From contig NC_092675.1 in NCBI RefSeq assembly GCF_964355755.1, positions 1,173,812 to 1,237,811 of the forward strand: a DNA stretch of 64,000 nt, read 5' to 3'. The translations under genes were made by a program, and so were the position numbers. Below the pieces are notes generated by a model. That model was not told the DNA's origin. It did no database searches and was given only the letters and a program-made list of their open reading frames with translations. Source of the stretch: Antedon mediterranea. Lineage: Eukaryota > Animalia > Echinodermata. Positions within the stretch are counted from its first letter, which is position 1, and every line of letters begins with the position of its first letter. This document shows, one piece after another, positions 39,377-51,300 of this stretch.

Positions 39377-42300
39377 ATGACTGGAAGAATGATCGTGCGT
39401 GATATCTGCTTCAGATTTCAACCTTTGCATCAAATTATACTGAAGAAAAAGGTAAAAAAAAATGAGGACACCGATTGATTGATATCAGGACACTGATTGA
39501 TTGATATCAGGGGCGGATCTAGCATTTTGAATTAGGGGGAGGGAAGGTGGAGGCGCATACTTTGCGACAGGAGCTAACAAACCTTGGAAGGGTAGAGTGC
39601 CAAGGGGTCTGACATTATAGCACATTGCAAGAACAATGTACAAACATTTCATACCGTCATTTTCAGATACACTCTACACTCAGTGTAGGGTCTTTCACAC
39701 ATGTTCCGGCATCATGGTTCCGGTACGGAGAAGCGAACACCAATGTTTCATTTGAGTGGTGTGAATGAGTGGTTGGGGTCAAAGTTGTGACAGGGAAGGG
39801 CGTGTGGTTAGCAGTGTGTCCATGCATGTCGATTTCTTTGAGTTGTTCCGAAATCAACTATTTTAAAATTGTTAATTAACGACTAAAGGACACAATTTAA
39901 TAACAATACAATGCTTAGTTCCTTGTTATTAAATCCTTTATAACTTTTGTTACTTTTATATTTTGTATTTTTTTTACATTTTCTTATATATACAGTAGGC
40001 CTATTGTAATTTAATTTATTTTAATTACTCTGGACACACCTTCACTGAAGAAGTGTGCCACTGTTTCTCAATGTGTAATTTCCAAATAAATTATTATCAG
40101 CAGGAAATTGGTTGTTTGTTATCTCTAATTAACTAAATAATTAATGACTTTAGAGATAAACAAATTTTCCTTATTACTAATTAGCTATGAGTAGTGGTAT
40201 ATTATTTACCAATTATAGCAAATTAGGAAACTCATAGATAGAAAAGATCAATTCAATCCATGTGGAGGAATTATAAATAGTTTTTTGTAACTAAAAAAGA
40301 TCGAATAATGAAGGCTAGCTCTACCAAACAAATTCATCATAGCATTTTTCTGAAGTGGAATTCTATTACTTATTATTATTACTTATCCAACTGGTACAAT
40401 ATAACCATTGACAGCGTTCAGTATTGGATTTGGTTTTAAGGTCATTTTCACAATTACATTTACTGGTACAATGGTGTATTCAACAATTTACATTATTATT
40501 ACAATTTCTAATGAAATGTTAATGGTTATTTTGATTAAAGATCCATATAATGTATTTCTCTAGGCTTAATTATTTTTTAGTTATAAAGTCTAGATTCATA
40601 AAAGCATTATTTGGGCAAAACTACTTGATGATAAAGACAAAAAGGTTGAATTACAGCTATGCGCATATTGGGAAAAGATTGGCACATAGCCGCATGGAGC
40701 ATCGTGGAAACGAACCATTGAGTTGCGATTTTATTTTCCTGAGCCGGACCGTAGCAGGGGTGAAATGAATGAAATCACTGTTGATATTGTTCAGGTTTTA
40801 TGCAGAATTTTGAAATAATTTGTATTAATTAATAATCATCACTGACTGGCTGATTTAAAATGTTCAATTACGATTTTATTGTAGTATTTTTCTTTATACA
40901 GTCAACTCTCCCAATACCGGACTCTCTGAAAACCCGAAACTCTCCTACTACCAGACTTTTCTTGAAGTCACAAATTCATTTTTACCACTAAAAATGCATT
41001 CCTAATACGATACTTTTTGAAACAAAACACATTTGGCCAGCCCAAAGGTGTCTGGTATTGGGAGAGTCACATTTGGCCAGCCCAAAGGTGTCTGGTATTG
41101 GGAGAGTCACATTTGGCCAGCCCAAAGGTGTCTGGTATTGGGAGAGTCACATTTGGCCAGCCCAAAGGTGTCTGGTATTGGGAGAGTCACATTTGGCCAG
41201 CCCAAAGGTGTCTGGTATTGGGAGAGTTGACTGTAGATAACGAACACTATTCCTGGTATGCAACACAGAGACCATAGTTTTATTTACTGTAACTAGTTTT
41301 TATTTATTTATTTTTTTTTTCAGGATCTTGCTGTTACACCTTTCAGGATTTCCTCTGCTTTCTATTGTACAACATCAGTTAACCAAGGTTAGACTTTGTA
41401 ATATTATTTTGTTATTATTTATGTATTGGATGGCCTCTTCAGTCAAAGGCTGGCCTCCCAGAGGGCCCAGTTATGAACAGTTGCTGTGTGTGCGTACTAC
41501 CTGTAGACCGAGGTATCCTCTACTTGCTTGAAAGATGTACTGGATTCTTTAAATTGCACATGAGCTAGATGTGTACACTGGACCTATGGTTTATAGTCCT
41601 TATCCAAGAAGACCCGTTCCACCACGAGAACCATGTAGCTAGTGAGCCTCGAACCCTAGCCGATGTTATGGCTACGTAATTTCGGTTCCACTTGGCCACT
41701 CACTTGCTGTTGCAAGAAAAATTACAATTTTTATGTTTTCATGTGAATATTTACTAGTATATTCATGTGATATTTTAATTACTCAGATCAATATATGATC
41801 TGCACGATGCCCTTTACTTTTTCTAAGGCATAATTAATGCATTGCTTCTTAAACTATGTTCTACTTGTGACTACAACATGCTGACTTCTTGTAACTAAAT
41901 GACATTTGTCATTAAATTGTTCTCTGGAATTGAGACAATAAATTGATGACCGTGCTGTTTCAACATTCAGAATGTAAACAGATTGCAGCTTAACTAGGTT
42001 GAATATTCTATGTCCTTGAAAATTTGAATAATACTGTTTACTTTACATACATTAATATTGTATACTGGTAGCATTACAGTATTTTATTTTAGCTATCAAT
42101 TGACATCCATGTACATGTTCATGTTTATTGTGTATTTACTCACAAATGACAAAAATGTTATTTAACAAATTCTGTTTGAAAACATTACTGACTAAAAAGA
42201 ACATTATAGTTCTAAAATGCAACAAGAAGTTTAAATTCACTAATTCCCCTAGAATTATTGTATAACTACCGGTACCCATAAAATCAGAGGGCCTTTGACC

Positions 42301-45300
42301 TTTTTTTTGTTTCTAGTGTAAAGGATCTTTCACACCTGTCCCGCCACGGTTCTGGTCCGGCGCCGGAAAATCCAATCGAACGTCAATGTTTCGTTTTCAC
42401 GCGGCTACGTGCATATCGATTGGCGCATAGCCGCGTGAAAACGAAACATTGATGTTCGATTCGCCGGACCGGAACCATGTCGGAACAGGTGTGAAAGACC
42501 CTTTTACCTCTAAAATCAAGGAAGATCGAGTTTAATTCTATCAAAATACTGATGGAACCATTTTGGAATCATTTCATCGCCCCTGGAAAATGATAAAAAT
42601 AAATAATTTCATTTTAATAATACCGTAATTCTAAAAATGAACTAACTTTTCATCATTATTCAGAAACTTTACAATATGGCAATATTTAAATATACTGTAA
42701 AATATAAGTTATACATGATCGATACTATGTATTTATTAATAATACTAAGATTCTGGTTGAAATGACTTGTATGTATTAGAATAGTGATGTTGAATGATTA
42801 GTCTTGCTTTAATATAGGAACATCAACATGTTTTCTTATAGACATACTGTATACTACATAAATATATCTACAGTAAGTAAAGCTCCAATTGCAATTTACG
42901 AATTCATTGAACAAATCAATCATTCATTAAAAAAAATGTACATTTATTTATTGCAATGCCTGTTATGATGGTGTAATGATGATAATAACGGACTAGATCT
43001 TTACCATACTGATTGCATACTTAGGCAGGATGCTTTACCCCATTGCCTCGTCATTCGGATGGGATGTAAAACCATTGGTAGACTATTCGAAAAGGGTAGG
43101 GGATCGTCTCCCGGTGTGCTGATCTGGTAGGCGCTGCACAGCTAGCTGCCGTGTGTCTGTGGAGGACCTAATCCGAATTTCTCCAGTTAAGATTGAGGAC
43201 CGAGAATAAATACAAATTTACCATTTATTTTTATCTCCAACAAATTCTTGTAGGTTTCTTAGTATTAAAAATGCTCTAATGATATCAATAATCTATCTAA
43301 TTAAAATGTGAGTAGTTCAATATCATTTTAATAATTAACTTGAATTGAGATAAAGTTCACAGTTTGAGGAAGTTATTATTGGCTTTAGGGATCTGCAACC
43401 TGGATGGATGAGGGATTTTAAACTAATTATAATCTCTCTATTTAATAACCAGCTAATGACAATTGAATTTTTAATGTAGTTGTCCAAACCATATTGTCTA
43501 GATTAAGGCATCTATTTAATTACCAGAGCCAAGAAGTAATTGTGCTCAGATAAAAAAATTCATGGACCTGTAACATGATTTGAACTAGTGTATTTCGTGC
43601 CTAGCTTACCTGAGGGCGCTCTGGTAATGGACTATTCCACTATCCGACGGGGGTGTGGTATTTTAATATACTAATGTTCTTTTTTTCGTAATGTATTCTC
43701 TTCGGAGAGTGAGACTAATGTTGGTTTATCCAGGTAAGCGGCAACACCACTGTTGGTTTGTGTAATTACCCTTGGATTGAAAGCATGTCAGCCACACTCT
43801 ACTACTATTGATTTATAAAAATACCATTTACAGAAAAATAGCACAATTTATGTGATGTGACTGTCTGAAAAATCTGGAACTATTATAGGATTTGACCAAT
43901 TACTCTAGGATTAGTACAAGCAATCTCTCCTCCCCCCCCCCCCAAAAAAAAAATCAAACATAGCAAACCCCATTTAACCAACATTAATGTTATTGAATTA
44001 ATCAAAACAATTTAGTGTATGAGTTGCTGTGGACATGATCTCTATCTAGATACTGTATAATTCAGCTTGTAACTAGTATAAATTATATTTAGATACTGTA
44101 TGTAACTACAGTAGTATAAATTATATTTTACAACAAAAGTCAAAGCAATAACAAGAAAATCCACAATAAGCACATACTTGACTTCTTAATGAATTCAGTA
44201 AGTGTCACAGTGTACAGTCGTTGAGAATCCCTGCATGGCATACTAAACTGCAATGACGTTGAGTTACAGAAATAAATAAATTGCAGCAATAATCTCAAGT
44301 GGACTCAATTACCATCACGCATATTACGGTACAGAAGCAAATATTTATCATAATTTTTGATGAATTTTGAACATATTTTAAAGACAATTTGTGAAGATGT
44401 TAGGGGGAAAACTTGAATCTGTAGTTTGGAGTTAAGGCGCCAGGGAGGACATAATCCAATTCCAATGTTGGACAAATAAGTGAATTGAATATGAATTCTG
44501 AGCATTTTTTAGCTGATAGTGATAATGATGATAATTTTGTTAGCATACACATTACAAAGATCGCTTTTGTTGTTTTTTTTATGATAACAGTTGAATGCTA
44601 TAAGAGACACCTTTAGGATCCAACAGGGTGTCTCCTTGTTTTACTATGGTTTCCTCTGAACAAGGATGTGACGTCCTATAAAGAGGATCAATCAAATGTT
44701 TAATACTAAACAAGTATTGGAAGGGTTTATTATCAGCAGCCATTTTAGTACACATAATCTAGCTTGTTTTGTATTCAAGCTATCCTATTGTACTCCATGT
44801 TTGTATAGCATATTGTAATACTTGTTTTGATGATGATATTGATGATGGCATTGTTCTATTCTTCTACAGTAACTATTTGTTTGATCTACATACTAGTAAT
44901 GTATTATTTATCAAAGCTAACTAAAATAATTTGATAACACTTAATACTGTATGTATATATATTTCCTTCTTTTTATGTTTCTTTAAATAAAAATAAATTC
45001 ATATTTTACAGTGTTTGAAGGTGATGTTAACGTTCTTGGGTCCAGTTTAAGGTTTATAAATGAAATTCTTTCTCACAGTAAATCTATATCCCTTGAAGAA
45101 GCAATTTTACAGTACTGATTATATAGAATAGTACGTAGGCCTATCATTAGTACTGTACACTGGAGTATGCAAGTTATAACATAGAATTTGAACAAATATT
45201 GACTAATGTACTTCTCATGTGTACTTTTATAATACTACATCTACAATTTCGTATTCAATTCAATTTAACAATATATCTTATTATACACAGTATTGCATTT

Positions 45301-48300
45301 TTAAAGGACCCATCTATTATTATGTTGACCATGCTGTCTAGTTATTTGTCCAACATTTTTATTGTTAATGTTGTTGTATTCACTAATATTAGTATAGTAC
45401 AGTAAATAGACATAATCAAATCTAGAGGCTGTCAAAATATTGAAAAGCATGACAACTGTTATAATGGTAACATAATCAGGACATTTACTTGACATTTAAT
45501 TCAGTGGAGGTTTGTTTGTGGTAATTGAGGGTGCACTATTTCAGTATATGAACACCTTTCAAAACATTAGCCCATAGCCAATAGAATAACATTAGTATGT
45601 TTTTTAATTAGATTTTACAATACAATATATGTTCATTTTTGCTCAGCTGGGCTAATTCAATGAATTGGTGCATATTGTTTTAATAATTATTATTTGTTTA
45701 ACAAACATAGTGTGTTTCCTATATATTATGTGGTTTTAAAAGATAAACTAGGTTTTATTGAATATTATTATTAGAAACTATAAATTATTCAAAGGAGACA
45801 ATTTTTCCAACTTGTAGGTAGTTACTATTCACAGTAGATTACATTGTAGGTAGTTACTATTCATAGTAGATTACATTGTAGGTAGTTACTATTCACAGTA
45901 GATTACATTGTAGGTAGTTACTATTCACAGTAGATTACATTGTAGGTAGTTACTATTCATAGTAGATTACATTGTAGGTAGTTACTATTCACAGTAGATA
46001 TACATTGTAGGTAGTTACTATTCACAGTAGATTACATTGTAGGTAGTTACTATATTCACAGTAGATTACATTGTAGGTACAGTAGTTACTATTCACAGTA
46101 GATTACATTGTAGGTAGTTACTATTCACAGTAGATTACATTGTAGGTAGTTACTATATTCACAGTAGATTACATTTTAGGTAGTTACTATATTCACAGTA
46201 GATTACATTGTAGGTAGTTACTATTCACAGTAGATTACATTGTAGGTAGTTACTATTCACAGTAGATTACATTGTAGGTACCGTAGTTACTATTCACAGT
46301 AGATTACATTGTAGGTAGTTACTATTCACAGTAGATTACATTGTAGGTAGTTACTATTCACAGTAGATTACATTTTTCTTGTTGAATTATGTGCAGCCAG
46401 TTCAGGTTTGAAATCAAACACCAAATATTGTAATATACCAAGTTTCAATTTGATTTACAGACATGACTGACAAAAAACAAACTGCATAATGTGTTTCTTT
46501 TGAAAGAAGTTTCATATTAATATACATACTTCTTTTAGCATTACTCCTATACTGTAGATATGAAAATACTGAACTACTTAACTGCTCTACATACATTAAT
46601 ATTGTTCACTAGCTTAAAAATTTAATTTTTTGTCGATTTCTTAAATTGTAGCAATAATTATTGGCTGTAGAGATACAATATCTTATAAATATCTTAATAT
46701 ATAAATGTTCATTATTAATTAAGGTACTTTATTATTAGTGAGGATATTGAGTCATATTTATATTTGAATAATATGGTAGTGATCGGCCCTAATTGGTTTG
46801 TATGTTCACTTTATATTAGTAATAATTCTTTGTTTAATAGTATAAAGTATGAAGGCTTGCGGTCACCAAAAGGAGTTAAACATACTCTGTAACATTGACA
46901 ATATTTTATCTAAATAATAGTTTCGTCCAGGCCCATATCAACATTTTTAATTCCAATCTTTATCTGTTTCATCGTAATTTAAGTGTTTCTGAGTTGTAAT
47001 TATCTTTGTATCTGTTAAACCAAGCTGTAAGTGGCAGATTTGTTTTTGCTGTTGATTCTGGATTAAAAATAAAATAGAAAAAAAAAATCTCAACACTGGT
47101 TGTTTTTAGGGCAAATAATAATAGTCAATTTTACTCTAGTAGCTAGATCAACTTTCGTATGCACTTTGAGGTCCAGAGAATTTGACTTCAGAAATTAGTT
47201 TAGGGTGGTCAAACAATCATTTTTGGCTTGGTTACACATTTTGAAAATGTGGCGAAAGGTCAAAAGGTCAGGGTGAAAGGTCATAAGACCAAACACCAAT
47301 ATGTCCTTAAATCTGAACAACCACTGGTCACAGCGAAGTAATTTTGGTCTCAAATTGATCAGAAGGTATACATTTATATTCAGTCTAATGGGACATTTTA
47401 GTTTAAAATGACCGGAAATGCCATTTCTGACCTTTGACCCACAACCCATGGCATGTATTTATCTCCGTAACTACTGGTCGTAGACACTTGAATTTGGTTT
47501 TAAATTGTTCGAAATATATATTTTGTTATATGAAAAACATTTTGAAAAATGTTACAAAACGTCAAAGGGTCAGGGTCAAGGGTTATATAAACAAATAAAT
47601 AAAGGTACTTGTATCTCGGCAACCACTGGTCGCAGCAAGTCAATTTTGGTCTCAAAATGTTCAGAAGGCATGCATTTATATTCCGTCTAATGGGGCATTT
47701 TAGTAAAAAATGATCAGAAATGCCATTTCTGACCTTTGACCCACATACCAGGGCATCTTCATATCTCTGTAAGTACTGGTCGTAGAAACTTAAATTTGGT
47801 ATCAAATTGTTCGAAATATACATATTTACATTCATTGTAATAGAAAATGTGGTTAAAAGATGAACAGAAAATACTATTACTAATGTTTCAAACAAAAAAC
47901 ATATCTCTACACAACTTATCCTTAGACAGTAATGTTATGCAATATGATACTTTAAATTGTTTCAATTTCAAGTAGGCCTACTAGTTATTGCTGTCCACGA
48001 GAACATTTTGATATAAACGTCAGGCTCAACAGTTCTTTTCAGAATGCTAGAAGTAACTTGCCATGTGTATCCGATTAAACGCCCCGGGCATTTATTGTTC
48101 AAAAGGGTTTTTAGGGGGAGGGGAGGCATCTTTATTTGGGGTATAATATGGTAACATGTATAATCAAATAAATACCACCTAGATGTAAAAAAATACAGCA
48201 CAATTAATATAAAAAAATGATAACATTATGTCAAAATGCTTGGTAAATTGTAGATTATGGTAATTAATGAAATGTGTTGTGATACAATTATTTTGTAAAT

Positions 48301-51300
48301 GCATGTGGCGGAGCGTTTATTCCACATGATGTTCTATTGGAGGGAATGGAGGCTTTTATTCAAAGCGGGTGTTAATTCGAATAAATACTCGAGCTCAACA
48401 GTTAAGAATGCTAGAAGTAACTTACTATAGTTACCCGAATAAAAGGTCCGGGCATTTAGTTATTCAGAGAAGGCGTTTATTTTGTTTGGGTGTAATAATG
48501 GTAACATGTATAATCAAATAAATACACCCCAGATAAAAAAAAAAAAATTAATATAATCTGAATAATAACTGGATTAAACCTCATTCTATCCTGTTGCAAG
48601 TACAATCATGTAATATAAAAGGTATCACAGACAACTATAATAGACCAATTCATTGTCATTATTCCGTAACACTGTTGCATAATATTTTTGAATGTTACCG
48701 ACAAAACTTATACATAATATGTATAAATTTTGTCGGTGTATATTATACACGTCTGTTCCCAGTGTAGATAATAAAACAATATATGTTTCTGGAGATTTAT
48801 TATCAATACCACTAGAAACTTTGACATGTTTTAGGTACTGAATTCATTGACAATAAAAGCATCAGAAGTTATCATGATAAAATCATACTACAACACTGTA
48901 CTACAGTACACAAGGGTGTTTTCAGGAAAGCTGGACATATTGTACAATAGTAATGAAGCTATGTATTGGCATTTAAAAATATGCAAAAGATTGTTGTCAA
49001 ATTGTAGTCACAAACAAACAGATGATAGAATGAAGATCCATTATGAGTGCAATTGTGTCAGGATAATGATGTGTCATTGTTTTATATCATTATACTGGCA
49101 CCTGGAAGAGAAGATCCATTTAATGTTATCTATGACAGTGTCACTTTTATTCTAAAAGACAGAAACATTTCGTTAAAAAGCATAAAGAAGAAAACGAATC
49201 ATGTAAAGTACCTTTTATCAGTTGAGAAACGAATTATAATTATTAAAATTAGAGTATTTATTCGAATTAACACCCGCTTTGAATAAAAGCCTCTCTCAAA
49301 TAAACGCCACCATTCCCTCTAATAGAACACCGTGGAATACGCCCGCCACATGCATTTACACAATAATTGTATCACAACACATTAACTACCATAATCTACA
49401 ATTTACCAAGCATTTTTTTCACTTTTTGATATTAATTGTGCTGTATTTTTTTTTACATCTAGGTGGTATTTATTTGATTATACATATTACCATATTATAC
49501 CACAAATAAAGATGCCTCCCCTGCCCCTAAAAACCCCTTTGAACAATAAATGCCCGGGGAGTTTAATCGGATACACATGGCAAGTTACTTCTAGCATTCT
49601 GAAAAGAACTGTTGAGCTTGACGTTTCTATCAAAATGTTCTTGGGGTCAGCAATAACTAGTACTTGAAATTGAAACAATTTAAAGTATCAGTTATTGCAT
49701 AACATTACTGTCTAAGGATAAGTTATGTAGAGATATGTTTTTTGTTTGAAACATTAGTAATGGTATTTCTGTTCATCTTTTAACCACATTTTCTATTACA
49801 ATGAATGTAAATATGTATATTTCGAACAATTTGATACCAAATTTAAGTTTCTACGACCAGTACTTACAGAGATATGAAGATGCCATGATATGTGGGTCAA
49901 AGGTCAGAAATGGCATTTCTGATAATTTTTGACTAAAATGTCCCATTAGACGGAATATGAAAGCATGCCTTCTGAACATTTTGAGACTAAAATTGACTTG
50001 CTGCGACGAGTGGTTGCCGAGATACAAGTATCTATTTTTATTTGTTCATATAACCTTTGACCTTGACCCTTTGACCTTTTGTAACATTTAAAAAAATGTG
50101 CTACAAATAATAAATATTTATTTCAAACAATTTAAGACCAAATTTAAGTGTCTACGATCAGTAGTTACGGAGATACATACATGCCCTGAGGTGTGGGTCA
50201 AAGGTCAGAAATGGCATTTCCGGTCATTTTTGACTAAAATGTCCCATTAGACTGAATATAAATGTATACCTTCTGATCAATTTGAGACCAAAATTACTTC
50301 GCTGTGACCAGTGGTTGTTGAGATTTAAGGACATATTGGTGTTTGGTCTTATGACCTTTCACCCTGACCTTTTGACCTTTCGCCACATTTTCAAAATGTG
50401 TAACCAAGCCAAAAATGATTGTTTGACCACCCTAAACCAATTTCTGAAGTCAAATTCTCTGGACCTCAAAGTGCATACGAAAGTTGATCTAGCTACTAGA
50501 GTATTTTCCATGCACAGAGACAGAAAAGCGGAGAGGAGCATGCATAATATGACTCTCCATGTGGATTCACCAAAGCTGTACTTAATTTATATTAATAATA
50601 CATTTATATAGCACTACCTTGTGAAGATCAGAGCGATGTGGACTTACTTTATTGTACACTGTAACCCTTACACATGAAATTCTACTTTCATTATTATATT
50701 ATTAATCCTACTAGGTTTCTAAAAATAGTCATCTTTCAGTTAGTAGATAATGATTATAGTAATGCTCAGGGCTAAAAGCAAATTAATAAGCATGTGATCC
50801 AGATCTTCATCTTCAACTTTAGTAATTCAGCCTAGAGGTAGGGTACTGCAAGCATTGCTTGATGAAATTTACACTAATTGTGTTTTTCAAGGCTGGCCAA
50901 ACTTTCTAATGCCTATTCTCACATTTGACTGAGAATTAATTGTGTACAGTCAGCAGTGTTTTACATTGAATGTCATGCAGGTGATTAACTTGTCTATTTC
51001 GTGCCTAGCTTACCTGGATAAACCGACAATAGCCCTTTCTCCTCGAAGAGCGAGATTTTAACTCGAAAAGTAGAAAGTTAAAATTCCTACTTTTTCTTTC
51101 TTTGTAATGGATTCTAGACATGTTCCACTTTTAGCCTCTGTATCCAGGATAAAAACTTTTTTCTGTTTACAGTTGAGTTTGTTGTTTTATTGATCATAAT
51201 TATTTTATATCATGTCTGTGATAACTATTAGTTGTTTATTAATATTATCTGAATTAATGTTTTAGTGTTTTCATTAATTTTTATATAATGTTCAGATTTC

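Noticed and set aside
47195-50611. ORFs in the foldback arms as a transposase
   Set aside because: Short, no recognisable DDE or HTH motifs, and mirrored only because of the inverted repeat.
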